The translations under genes and the position numbers were made by a program. Source: Candidatus Micrarchaeia archaeon (GTDB lineage: Archaea > Micrarchaeota > Micrarchaeia > Micrarchaeales > CABMGC01). Taken from it: 21,171 bases of DNA. The notes beneath the pieces are model-generated. The model did no database searches. It was not told where the DNA came from and was given only the letters and a program-made list of their open reading frames with translations. Shown one piece after another: positions 8,981 to 18,060 of the stretch. How positions within the stretch are numbered: position 1 is the stretch's first letter; each line of letters starts with the position of its first letter. The DNA lies in contig JBMFHL010000012.1 of assembly GCA_049976845.1 (NCBI GenBank), positions 1 through 21,171 of the forward strand, read 5' to 3'.

Positions 8981-9277
8981 TTAATCAACCTTATTCAGAT
9001 TCAAAAGCCCTTTTAAGTATATTGTTGCTCCTTCTACCCCTTTTGCACCTTTTTTGAATATCGGTATACGAACGACAGGATTTTCCCTTGCATCGTAAAG
9101 CTCTGCATAAGACTTAGTGAGATCTTCGACATTCTTAAGCGAGCCTTTTTGGTAGATAACTCTATAATATTTTATATTGGCTTTTTTGAGCATGCTCGCA
9201 AATTTGTCCCAATTTTTTTCGCTCGGATCTTTATATAGTAACTCCGCTGCCCCTGTTATATCGTTCTTTTTTGCCAT
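8981..9277 (-). CDS. Hypothetical protein (98 aa)
   Basis: ATG at 9277 preceded by an AGGTG RBS; abuts cysD with no gap; no family recognised. Confidence 0.7.
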   Translation of the reverse strand: MAKKNDITGAAELLYKDPSEKNWDKFASMLKKANIKYYRVIYQKGSLKNVEDLTKSYAELYDARENPVVRIPIFKKGAKGVEGATIYLKGLLNLNKVD

Positions 9278-9287
9278 CTTTAACACC

Positions 9288-9506
9288 TTATATGTAGCCT
9301 AAAGCACGCAGTTTCTTTGTAAGCTCATCGTGCTCTTCACCCTTCTTTCCTTTCCTCTCCTCTTCTATTTTCACGGCGGTTTCTCGCAGTATGTATGTAA
9401 CATAGTCAGATACAGAGGAGAATCCGGTTTTCGCTATGAGCTTCTGCAGCCTCTCGAAAAGAGGTGTAGGTATTGTTATAGTAGTATATTTTCTTTTTAT
9501 TGCCAT
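9288..9506 (-). CDS. Ribbon-helix-helix (CopG/Arc/MetJ-like) transcriptional regulator with a C-terminal LRALGY tail
   Basis: Alternating beta strand YTTITIP, helix LFERLQKLI, turn and helix GFSSVSDYVTYILRE; GGTG RBS. Confidence 0.85.
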   Translation of the reverse strand: MAIKRKYTTITIPTPLFERLQKLIAKTGFSSVSDYVTYILRETAVKIEEERKGKKGEEHDELTKKLRALGYI

Positions 9507-9523
9507 GGCACCACTTGTATTAA

Positions 9524-9547
9524 AATGTTAATAAATGTTATAACATT
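9524..9547. promoter_or_regulatory. AATGTTA direct repeat plus perfect palindrome AATGTTATAACATT; candidate RHH operator
   Basis: AATGTTA at 9524-9530 and 9534-9540, inverted copy TAACATT at 9541-9547; 18-41 nt upstream of the RHH start codon. Confidence 0.55.
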
Positions 9548-9713
9548 AAAATATAAAAAGGTTTCTGCATCAAGCATGGTAGAGATTAGGGGCAATTGAA
9601 TAAGTAGACTCCTGCAATCGTATTTACGACTGGGGCGTAACTTATTAGAAATACGCCAACTGATAAGTGTTAAATATCTTGCATTACAAATATCTGATTA
9701 GAAGGAAGATTGG

Positions 9714-10130
9714 ATGAGCAGCAGAAGTATATTCAATAAATATGAGTTGCTTGTTGCTGAGGTTAGAAAAATAGCAAAGAAGCATGACACTGATGAAGAT
9801 GACGACAGGATAAGGAGGAAGGCCATGCTTATTGCTTCGCTTTCTTCAAACCACTCGTGGAAGACTTACAAGTACCTTCATGACGGCGGCGAGCTTGACA
9901 AAGAGGCCATAATTACAGAAGCGAATTCTGCTTTTTCCGAAGGCTGGAAGAATATAACAGAAACTGACGTTGAAGAAATTGTAAATTCGAACATAAACGA
10001 ATACTTATTTTCAACATGGCTTTTCTATGCTGTGGAGAAAGGGCAAAGGGAATATTTCAAGGAACTCCTGAATGAGATGAAGATGGAGTTCATTGATGGC
10101 ATGGAACCCATAGAGCGGAGAGAGGAATAA
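9714..10130 (+). CDS. Hypothetical protein (138 aa, acidic)
   Basis: Fills the gap between the RHH promoter and the tRNA; plausible protein composition; TTAAATAT near 9670 upstream. Confidence 0.7.
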   Translation: MSSRSIFNKYELLVAEVRKIAKKHDTDEDDDRIRRKAMLIASLSSNHSWKTYKYLHDGGELDKEAIITEANSAFSEGWKNITETDVEEIVNSNINEYLFSTWLFYAVEKGQREYFKELLNEMKMEFIDGMEPIERREE

Positions 10131-10178
10131 ACTGTTTCGGCAGAACCACTGCCAATAACTTCGCAGATTAATGTTATT

Positions 10179-10253
10179 GGGCATGTAGCGTAACTTGGAT
10201 AGCGCACCTGGCTTCGGACCAGGTGGTTGCGGGTTCAAATCCCGTCATGCCCG
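10179..10253 (+). tRNA. tRNA-Arg(TCG), intronless, CCA not encoded
   Basis: Acceptor GGGCATG/CATGCCC with discriminator G; D-loop GGA (A20); anticodon arm CCTGG-CTTCGGA-CCAGG; T arm GCGGG-TTCAAAT-CCCGT. Confidence 0.95.
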
Positions 10254-10278
10254 AATATTTGCAGCGCCCTGAAATTAA

Positions 10279-10286
10279 TTTATATA
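10279..10286 (+). promoter_or_regulatory. TATA box of the ATP synthase operon
   Basis: TTTATATA preceded by GAAATTAA (BRE-like), ending 32 nt before the first ATG. Confidence 0.6.
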
Positions 10287-10318
10287 CTTTCACCTTTTAT
10301 TTTATTTAGAGTGATTAT

Positions 10319-10642
10319 ATGTCTCAGGCAGATTCGATAAAACGTGTTCAGGATGCGGAGGCTAAGGCATCTAATATTATTGCCGCTGCAGAAAAACACA
10401 GGGAGGAGGAAATTGATAGAGCAAAAAAGGAGGCAGATGCAATGCTCAGCAGGGCAAGAGAGCAGGGAACTAATATAATGAACGAAACAATTGCAAACAC
10501 TATGAGACAGATTGAAAAGATGCAAGTCCAGGAAAGGAAAGAGATAGCAAAGATGACAGCTAGCATGAAGAAGATGAGGCTTCCAAAGCGCGAGATTGAG
10601 AGGATTTCAGCTGATTTGGTTGATTTGATTATTGGTAGATAA
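10319..10642 (+). CDS. atpH: A/V-type ATP synthase subunit H (G-like peripheral stalk)
   Basis: Coiled-coil IKRVQDAEAKASNIIAAAEK; first gene of the operon, before subunit I. Confidence 0.85.
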   Translation: MSQADSIKRVQDAEAKASNIIAAAEKHREEEIDRAKKEADAMLSRAREQGTNIMNETIANTMRQIEKMQVQERKEIAKMTASMKKMRLPKREIERISADLVDLIIGR

Positions 10643-10645
10643 GGC

Positions 10646-12526
10646 ATGTTAAGCACCGAGCCCATGGAAAAAGTAAGGATGCTTTTCCTAAGGAATATGA
10701 AGAATGAGGTAATAGGATACCTGCACGAGCAGGGCTTTATAGATATAAGGAAAAGTAAATTGGAACTTCCAGACGAGGCACCTGATGCCGAATTGAATAT
10801 GCTCAATGAAAATTTAATAAGGATAAATGGTGCGCTGCAGATACTTGGAGAAGGCGCATACAGGAAAAGCGAAGATAGCATAGAAGCAACTCGAAAGATT
10901 AGCAAAGAGCGATTAATAGAGAAAGTGAGCAAGCTTAGCTATGTTGAAAAAATATTCTCCATAAACGGCTCGATCAGAGAATTGAAAGAGGATATTAAGG
11001 ATTTGGAGTATGCTGCACGCGTTGCAGGATGCTTTTCAGGCTTGAATATTGATTTTTCATTGCTAAACAGCAAGGTGCTCGAATTCAGAGCGTACCTTGT
11101 CGATCAGAAAAGCGAAGTTGCAATAGAGCGAAGCATAAAAAATGCAAGGTTTAGGAGCGAGGTTATACTGAATAAGCTGCCCAACAATACTGCAGCGATA
11201 TTTGTAGCTGTAGAGAAGGGCTTCAAGATAGAGGAGGTTATAAAGAGTTTCAAGGTTGAGGAGTTTAATCTAAATGCAAAGTATATTTCCGGGACTCCGG
11301 CACAGATGCTTGCGGATGCCAAAGAAGGTATAGCAAGGGACAAGAAGAAGGTGCTTGAACTTGGCAGTGAGCTCGATGAACTTAGGAAATACCGCAAGGA
11401 GCTCCTGCAATACAGGGAGATGCTTGAAATTGAAATAGAGAGGGAGGGTGTTGTCTCGAATTTCAAAAAAACCTCAGAGACGTTTGTTGTAGAAGGCTGG
11501 ATTGAGAAGAAGAAGTTTGCCGATATTGAAAAGGGTATCAGAAAACTTACTAAAGGCGCTTGCCAGATTGAAATAATTGATAGGGAGAAAAGCGAGCTCG
11601 CGCCCACTTTGGTGAAAAGGCCAAAAATACTGAAGCCTTTCGACTATATGATGGAATTTCTTTCTGTACCTAGGAGCGACGAGATAGACCCGACATGGAT
11701 ATTCATAATATCGTTTCCTATTTTCTATGGATTGATGGTGAGCGATGTAGGCTACGGGATTGCTTCTCTTCTTTTCGTCACCTGGATAACAACATTCACA
11801 AATCCGGAAGGCCTTGTATATAATACTGCGAAGATATGGCAATTCACATCCGTATCTGCAATTTTCTTCGGCATACTCTCAAACGAATATTTCGGCTTCC
11901 ACCTGAACCAGTATATAGGACTAGGCGGCATAGGATTCGATTGGCTCAGGAGTGCAACTACAATACTTCTCATAACCATAATATTTGGCATCGTTCAGGT
12001 ATCGCTAGGCTTGCTCTTCGGATTCATAAACAGGTACAGGAAAGGTGAGGTTAAGCTCGCAGTGAGCAAGCTCACTTCAATAGTTGTAATACTCAGCGGC
12101 ACGATTGCGGTGGGAGGCGCATTCTTTGGCCTTGTTACAAGTGCTGTAACTTTAGTTTCTACAATAATAGCCGTGGCCGCACTGCTGTTGACTGCTTTGC
12201 TGAGCGGAATTGAGGCAACAGAGATAACTAACCTGATAACGCACCCGCTTAGCTATGCCAGAATACTCGGCTTTGGAATGGGCAGCGTGATAATAGCAAT
12301 GCTCATAGACCAGGGCTTCACGCCTACGCTGAGCTATGGTGTATTAGGTTTCATCGGGCTGCTTATAGTATTTATAACGCTTCACTTCCTTAATATGATA
12401 ATGGCAATATTCGAGGGCGTGGTGCAAGGCATCAGGCTCAACTTCGTGGAGTTCTTCTCCAAGTTCTATATAGGAGGGGGCATAAAGTTCAGACCCTTTT
12501 CATACAAAAAGGTTTATACTAAATGA
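10646..12526 (+). CDS. atpI: A/V-type ATP synthase subunit I (a)
   Basis: PMEKV start, VEGWI, EIDPT, FYGLMVSDVGYG, LSYARI (essential Arg), IRLNFVEFFSKFY.GGG..F.PF. Confidence 0.95.
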   Translation: MLSTEPMEKVRMLFLRNMKNEVIGYLHEQGFIDIRKSKLELPDEAPDAELNMLNENLIRINGALQILGEGAYRKSEDSIEATRKISKERLIEKVSKLSYVEKIFSINGSIRELKEDIKDLEYAARVAGCFSGLNIDFSLLNSKVLEFRAYLVDQKSEVAIERSIKNARFRSEVILNKLPNNTAAIFVAVEKGFKIEEVIKSFKVEEFNLNAKYISGTPAQMLADAKEGIARDKKKVLELGSELDELRKYRKELLQYREMLEIEIEREGVVSNFKKTSETFVVEGWIEKKKFADIEKGIRKLTKGACQIEIIDREKSELAPTLVKRPKILKPFDYMMEFLSVPRSDEIDPTWIFIISFPIFYGLMVSDVGYGIASLLFVTWITTFTNPEGLVYNTAKIWQFTSVSAIFFGILSNEYFGFHLNQYIGLGGIGFDWLRSATTILLITIIFGIVQVSLGLLFGFINRYRKGEVKLAVSKLTSIVVILSGTIAVGGAFFGLVTSAVTLVSTIIAVAALLLTALLSGIEATEITNLITHPLSYARILGFGMGSVIIAMLIDQGFTPTLSYGVLGFIGLLIVFITLHFLNMIMAIFEGVVQGIRLNFVEFFSKFYIGGGIKFRPFSYKKVYTK

Positions 12527-12548
12527 TTGTTAAAATTGGTGAATATAT

Positions 12549-12785
12549 ATGGCTATAGGAATGGAAGCTGCTATCGCAGCAATCGGAGCAGGAATAGCAA
12601 TCGCAGGAGGGGCAATAGGAACAGGAGTGGCTCAGTCTTCAATAGGCGCTGCAGGCCTTGGGCTGATAGCCGAGAAGCCAGAGGAAATGGGCAGGGTGCT
12701 GCTTTTCCTGGTTCTTCCAGAGACATTGCTCATCTTCGGCTTTGTGATATCAATACTCATAATGATAGATGCAGGCTTGATATAA
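12549..12785 (+). CDS. atpK: A/V-type ATP synthase subunit K (c, single-hairpin proteolipid)
   Basis: Gly-rich helix, AQSSIGAAG, EKPE loop, LPETLLIFG with ion-binding Glu58. Confidence 0.95.
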   Translation: MAIGMEAAIAAIGAGIAIAGGAIGTGVAQSSIGAAGLGLIAEKPEEMGRVLLFLVLPETLLIFGFVISILIMIDAGLI

Positions 12786-12794
12786 GGTGCACGC

Positions 12795-13421
12795 ATGCCA
12801 ATAGAAGAAATCGCTGAGAATATAATAAGCGAGGCGAAAAGAAAGAGCAAGGAAATAGAAGCAGATGCAGCAGAGCAGAAGAGCAAGATACTCGGAGAAG
12901 CAAAGGAGCAGGCAAATATAATTCTAGAGCAGGCCAAGAAGGATGCACAGGCAAAAGCGGAGGGTATGTTGAATGAGCACAGGGCGGAGCTTGAAGTAGA
13001 GAAACACAATGAGATGCTGCTTGCACAGAGCTTTGCAGTTGAAAAAGAAGTTATAATTGCAAGAAAACTTTTCATAAAGAGGATTTCCGGGAGATTTGGA
13101 GAGATAGTGAAGCGTGCTGCAAAGGCAATGGAAGCGTCTTCCGGGGGTTTTGCCATAAATGCGGGCAAGGAATATGCTAAACTCATAAAAAGCGTTGGAT
13201 ATGATGTTGACATAGGCACTGGCATCGTGGTAAAAAGCAGGGATGGAAAGGCGACAATAGATCTAAGCCCAGGAATCTTGTTCGATGAGAATGCAGATCT
13301 TGCAAAAAGCAAGATTTCTATTTCTCTTTTCCGCAAAGCAGCAGAGGCAAGGGCAAAGAAGGAAGCATCTAATAAAAGCGCAAAGCCCAAAGCAAAGAAG
13401 GGAACAAAGAGGAAAAGGTAG
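12795..13421 (+). CDS. atpE: A/V-type ATP synthase subunit E
   Basis: IEEIAENIISEAK coiled coil, GIVVKSRDG..IDLS; operon position after K. Confidence 0.88.
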   Translation: MPIEEIAENIISEAKRKSKEIEADAAEQKSKILGEAKEQANIILEQAKKDAQAKAEGMLNEHRAELEVEKHNEMLLAQSFAVEKEVIIARKLFIKRISGRFGEIVKRAAKAMEASSGGFAINAGKEYAKLIKSVGYDVDIGTGIVVKSRDGKATIDLSPGILFDENADLAKSKISISLFRKAAEARAKKEASNKSAKPKAKKGTKRKR

Positions 13422-13428
13422 GAGCAAT

Positions 13429-14496
13429 ATGAATGTTGGTTCGCCTATTTCAAGCGGTTACGCTTACTCGACTGCCAGAGTCAAGGCGATGGAAGCCAGA
13501 CTTATTGGAGAGGAGAGTATGAAAGGCATTGTGCAAGCCAAGGATATAAGCACTATTTTATCTATGCTTGCACAGACAGAGTACAAGAAAAACCTTGAGG
13601 AATTCGGTGGGCTCAATATAAAGAGTAACATGATAGACTTTGCATTGAGCAAAAACCTTGCGTTGAACGTTGGCAAGCTCATAACCATAACCCCTATGGA
13701 GGAGAAGAGTATAATAAGGGCGATAGCGGGTAAGTGGGATATATACAACGCAGAGATAGCAATGGAAGCCAAAGCCTCCGGGAAAAAATTTGAAGACATA
13801 TCTAAGTATATCATAGATTATGGGCTGTATAATGTAAATGTAATAAAAGATATCATGAACGAAGCAAGCGTTGAAGGCTTAATAGAGAGGATGATGATAA
13901 ACAGCCCATACAAAGACGTGCTCTATGAGGCACTCGAGGTTTATAGAAGAAACAAAGATGTGGTTGAAGCAAACATGCTCATAGATAAGCTTTATTATTC
14001 GAAGCTTGGAAGGCTCATGCCAAGGATAAGGAATGTGAGCCCCGAATCTGCATTCGTTGTAAAGCTTGATATAGACATGAGAAATTTGCTGCTCATGATA
14101 AGGGCAAAGAAGTATAGTATAGATTTCAGCGAGATAAAGGACAATTTTATAAAGGGTGGCGAGCTTGAGATAAGCGAATTGCAAAGCCTATACGAAAGCT
14201 CGAACAATATTTATGAGATTGCGAAGAACGCAAAGGTCTTTGACCTTGGCGATGCGGCAGAGGATTATAGGAATGGCAGAAGCAAGGGATTGTTTGGCTT
14301 CGAGATTGAGATGAGGAACCAAATATTTAGAAAGAGCATGACGCTGCTCAAGCATGCGCTGCTCTCATTCGGAGCCATAGTTGCATACGCATACATAAAG
14401 GAGATAGAGGTTTTCACGCTTAGGATACTTATAAGCGGCAAGAATTATGGACTATCGCAGGAGGAGATCTCGAGAATGATGGTATGGAAAGGTTAG
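13429..14496 (+). CDS. atpC: A/V-type ATP synthase subunit C
   Basis: YAYSTARVKAMEARL, WDIYN, IDMRNL, AYAYIKEIEV..LR. ATG at 13429 after an AGGAG RBS. Confidence 0.92.
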   Translation: MNVGSPISSGYAYSTARVKAMEARLIGEESMKGIVQAKDISTILSMLAQTEYKKNLEEFGGLNIKSNMIDFALSKNLALNVGKLITITPMEEKSIIRAIAGKWDIYNAEIAMEAKASGKKFEDISKYIIDYGLYNVNVIKDIMNEASVEGLIERMMINSPYKDVLYEALEVYRRNKDVVEANMLIDKLYYSKLGRLMPRIRNVSPESAFVVKLDIDMRNLLLMIRAKKYSIDFSEIKDNFIKGGELEISELQSLYESSNNIYEIAKNAKVFDLGDAAEDYRNGRSKGLFGFEIEMRNQIFRKSMTLLKHALLSFGAIVAYAYIKEIEVFTLRILISGKNYGLSQEEISRMMVWKG

Positions 14497-14840
14497 CAAA
14501 CGAGTATAAAATAGGTATAATAGGAGATGAGCTTCTTACCACAGGATTCAGGCTTGCGGGAGTTAAGGCTACAGAAAATGCTTCAAATGGCGATGAGGCA
14601 GAAAAGGCGCTGCGAAAAATGCTCGATATTAGTGACATAGGCATAATAGTTATTACTGAAGGATTGGCAAACCAGATAAAAGATAGAAGACTGCAGCATG
14701 TTATCGACACGAGCCTTATGCCCCTTATAATCGAGGTGCCGGGATACAACGAGGAAGAGAAAGAAAGTGACACGCTGAGGAGGCTTATACTCAAAGCAGT
14801 AGGCATAGACATAACTAAAATGTCTAGGCTGAAATCATAA
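14484..14840 (+). CDS. atpF: A/V-type ATP synthase subunit F
   Basis: KIGIIGD...[31 protein letters not shown]. Confidence 0.93.
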   Translation: MERLANEYKIGIIGDELLTTGFRLAGVKATENASNGDEAEKALRKMLDISDIGIIVITEGLANQIKDRRLQHVIDTSLMPLIIEVPGYNEEEKESDTLRRLILKAVGIDITKMSRLKS

Positions 14841-14856
14841 ATCGATTGGTGATGTT

Positions 14857-16647
14857 ATGGGAATAATAGTGAAAGTTGCAGGGCCTTTGGTTGTTGCAAA
14901 GGACATGCTTGGAGCTAATATGTATGATGTAGTTAAGGTCGGAGATGCCGGGCTAATTGGTGAGATAATACAGCTTAGGGGACAGAATGCAGTGATACAG
15001 GTTTACGAGGATACGTCAGGGCTGAAGCCTGAAGAGAAGGTATTGTCCACTGGCAAGCCACTTTCAGTGGAGCTGGCGCCAGGATTGCTAGGCAACATTT
15101 TCGATGGAGTCCAAAGGCCATTGAATGCAATTGCTGCGAGGAGCGGCAGCTTCATAGGCAAAGGTATATCTGTAAATGCAATAGACAGAAAAAAGAAATG
15201 GAAGTTTATACCGACGGCAAAGAAGGGTACAAGAGTTTCTGAAGGTACTATAATAGGATATGTGCAGGAAACACCGCTGATAAAGCATTACATTATGGTG
15301 CCATACGGCATCACAGGCGTTATAGAGAGTATAAAGGAAGGGAATTATACCGTAGAAGAGACTATTGCGACCTTGACTTCAGGTAAAGGTCTCGACAATG
15401 AGAGACTTACAATGATGCAGAGGAGAGCAGTAAGGTCTCCGGGAAGATACAAGAGTAAGATCAGGGCTGACGAGCCGCTTGTGACTGGGCAGAGGATTAT
15501 AGACGCCTTCTTTCCGGTTGCCAAAGGAGGCACCGCAGCGGTGCCAGGGCCATTCGGGAGCGGCAAGACCGTTGTACTGCATCAGCTTGCAAAATTTGCA
15601 AATAGCAATATAGTAATTTATACAGGCTGCGGTGAGAGGGGCAATGAAATGACAGAAGTACTCACGGAATTTCCGGAGCTCAAAGATCCTTCCACCGGTG
15701 AGCCACTCATGGAGAGAACAGTTCTCGTTGCCAACACCAGCAACATGCCGGTTGCGGCTAGGGAAGCAAGCATTTACACAGGCATAACCATTGCAGAATA
15801 TTTCAGGGACATGGGATATGATGTTGCGCTAATGGCAGATAGCACGTCCAGGTGGGCCGAGGCAATGAGAGAGATTTCTGCAAGATTAGAAGAGATGCCA
15901 GGGGAAGAAGCTTATCCTGCTTACTTGCCTAAAAGGCTAGCAGAATTCTATGAAAGGGCAGGAAAGGTAAATACTATGAGCAACAAGCCTGGTTCAATAA
16001 CTATTATAGGTGCTGTGTCGCCGCCGGGAGGCGATATCTCAGAGCCTGTATCGCAAAGCACGCTCAGGGTCACGAAGGTTTTCTGGGCCCTTGACAAGTC
16101 GCTTGCCGATGCAAGGCACTTCCCTGCAATAAACTGGCTCAACAGCTATTCGCAATATATTACGCAGATGAGAAGTTGGTATGAAAAGAATATTGGTGAG
16201 GATTTCCTTAAGAAGAGGGAGCAGGCAATGTCAACTTTGCAGAGAGAAGCCGAGCTGAAAGAGATAGTGCAGCTTGTCGGCGAAGACGCACTGCCAGACA
16301 GCGAGCGAGGCACGCTGTTTATAGGCAAGATGATAAGGGAATATTTCCTAAGGCAAAGCGCTTTCGACGCAGCCGATATGTACACGAGCATTAAAAAACA
16401 GAAGGCGATGCTTGAAGTTATAATGCACTTTGGGGAGATGATGAAAGACGCAATAGCAAAAGGCGCAAGCGTGGAGAGCATATATGGTATGAAGGTAATC
16501 GGCGAAATTGCAAGAATGAAGGAGTGGAAAGAAGATCAATACCAGCGCGAAGAAGCAGATTTGACAAAAAGGATTAACGCAGAGTTTAGCACGCTAGTCA
16601 AGGAAAGCGGCAGCGCCACAGAAACGGCGCAAAAATCCAGCAAATAG
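14857..16647 (+). CDS. atpA: A/V-type ATP synthase catalytic subunit A (no intein)
   Basis: P-loop [55 protein letters not shown]; 596 aa. Confidence 0.98.
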   Translation: MGIIVKVAGPLVVAKDMLGANMYDVVKVGDAGLIGEIIQLRGQNAVIQVYEDTSGLKPEEKVLSTGKPLSVELAPGLLGNIFDGVQRPLNAIAARSGSFIGKGISVNAIDRKKKWKFIPTAKKGTRVSEGTIIGYVQETPLIKHYIMVPYGITGVIESIKEGNYTVEETIATLTSGKGLDNERLTMMQRRAVRSPGRYKSKIRADEPLVTGQRIIDAFFPVAKGGTAAVPGPFGSGKTVVLHQLAKFANSNIVIYTGCGERGNEMTEVLTEFPELKDPSTGEPLMERTVLVANTSNMPVAAREASIYTGITIAEYFRDMGYDVALMADSTSRWAEAMREISARLEEMPGEEAYPAYLPKRLAEFYERAGKVNTMSNKPGSITIIGAVSPPGGDISEPVSQSTLRVTKVFWALDKSLADARHFPAINWLNSYSQYITQMRSWYEKNIGEDFLKKREQAMSTLQREAELKEIVQLVGEDALPDSERGTLFIGKMIREYFLRQSAFDAADMYTSIKKQKAMLEVIMHFGEMMKDAIAKGASVESIYGMKVIGEIARMKEWKEDQYQREEADLTKRINAEFSTLVKESGSATETAQKSSK

Positions 16648-16655
16648 GTGATGCC

Positions 16656-18050
16656 ATGAAATTCGAGATAAATTATAATACAATAGAAAGCGTTGCAGGG
16701 CCTTTGGTTGTTGTAAAAGAGATTAGAAATGCAGCTTATAACGAAATAGTAAGGATAAACCTGCAAAACGGCGAGAGCAGACTTGGGCAGGTGCTTGAAA
16801 GCGGAGAAGGCTATGCTGTTGTACAGGTTTTCGGGCCCACAGAGGGCATAAATATAGATAGAACTTCGGTGACGTTTCTTGGAGATGTCTTCAGAATGGG
16901 CGTCTCGGAGGATATGCTAGGCAGGGTATTCAACGGACAGGGCAAGCCTATCGACATAAAAGCGGACGTCGCATATGAGGAGAAATTTGATGTAAATGGC
17001 GCACCTATAAACCCGACTTCAAGGGCAATGCCGAACGATTTCATAGAGACGGGCATATCTGCAATAGACGGCTTGATGACGCTGCTAAGGGGCCAGAAGC
17101 TCCCAATCTTTTCGGCTGCCGGATTGCCGCACAACCAGCTTGCGGCACAGATTGCAAAGCAGGCGAGCGTGATGGGAAGCAAGGATTTCGCCGTTGTGTT
17201 TGCCGGCATAGGCGTAACATATGACGATGCTGTATTCTTCACGGATGAATTCAAGAAAGCCGGCTCGCTTGGAAGAACTGTTGCTTTCATAAATTTGGCT
17301 AACGACCCAAGCATAGAAAGAATACTCACCCCGAGAATTGCGCTTACTACTGCTGAATTCTTGGCATTTGAGAAAGGGATGCACGTTCTCGTTATATTGA
17401 ATGACATGACAAACTATGCCGAAGCACTCAGAGAGCTGTCGAGCGCAAGGGAAGAGGTGCCTGGAAGAAGAGGATACCCTGGATATATGTACACTGATTT
17501 GGCAGGCATATACGAAAGGGCGGGTATAATAAAAGGCAAGACAGGCAGCATCACGCAATTGAATGTGGTGACAATGCCTGGAGACGATGTCACACACCCG
17601 ATACCGGATTTAACCGGCTACATTACCGAAGGCCAGGTGTATCTGGACAGAAGCCTTTTCAACCGCGGCATATATCCTCCAATAAACCCACAGGGATCGC
17701 TTTCGAGGCTAATGAACAATGGCATAGGCGAGGGCAAAACAAGAAGCGACCACAGAGGAGTTGCTGACCAGCTATATGGTGCATATTCAAGGGCGGTTGA
17801 TGCAAGAAACCTGAGCGCGATAGTAGGAGAAGAAGCATTAAGTGAAGCCGACAAAATGTATCTAAACTTTGGAGAAGGCTTCGAGAATAATTTCATAAAG
17901 CAGGGTACTGATGAGAGAAGAAGCATAGAGAAAACGCTTGACATAAGCTGGGACTTGCTCTCGATGCTCCCGGAAGGCGAGTTAAACAGAATTAAAAAGG
18001 AGTATATAGAAAAATATTACAAGAAAGGCAGCGAGGCAAAACAAGAATGA
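16656..18050 (+). CDS. atpB: A/V-type ATP synthase subunit B
   Basis: [66 protein letters not shown]. Confidence 0.98.
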   Translation: MKFEINYNTIESVAGPLVVVKEIRNAAYNEIVRINLQNGESRLGQVLESGEGYAVVQVFGPTEGINIDRTSVTFLGDVFRMGVSEDMLGRVFNGQGKPIDIKADVAYEEKFDVNGAPINPTSRAMPNDFIETGISAIDGLMTLLRGQKLPIFSAAGLPHNQLAAQIAKQASVMGSKDFAVVFAGIGVTYDDAVFFTDEFKKAGSLGRTVAFINLANDPSIERILTPRIALTTAEFLAFEKGMHVLVILNDMTNYAEALRELSSAREEVPGRRGYPGYMYTDLAGIYERAGIIKGKTGSITQLNVVTMPGDDVTHPIPDLTGYITEGQVYLDRSLFNRGIYPPINPQGSLSRLMNNGIGEGKTRSDHRGVADQLYGAYSRAVDARNLSAIVGEEALSEADKMYLNFGEGFENNFIKQGTDERRSIEKTLDISWDLLSMLPEGELNRIKKEYIEKYYKKGSEAKQE

Positions 18051-18060
18051 GGCGAATGCA

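Noticed and set aside
9634..9657. GGCGTA...TACGCC inverted repeat in the intergenic region
   Set aside because: A 6-bp stem with a 12-nt loop and no second copy; too weak to call.
10179..10253. tRNA-Pro(CGG) reading, and the ORF 10011..10238 (-)
   Set aside because: The 7-nt loop CTTCGGA centres on TCG (Arg), supported by A20 and discriminator G; the ORF is the tRNA's antisense shadow.
13285..13428. Upstream extension of subunit C in the ORF track
   Set aside because: It overlaps subunit E; the ATG at 13429 has an AGGAG RBS and gives a normal length.
14857..16647. Intein in ATP synthase subunit A
   Set aside because: GPFGSGKTV is uninterrupted and the length is a normal 596 aa.
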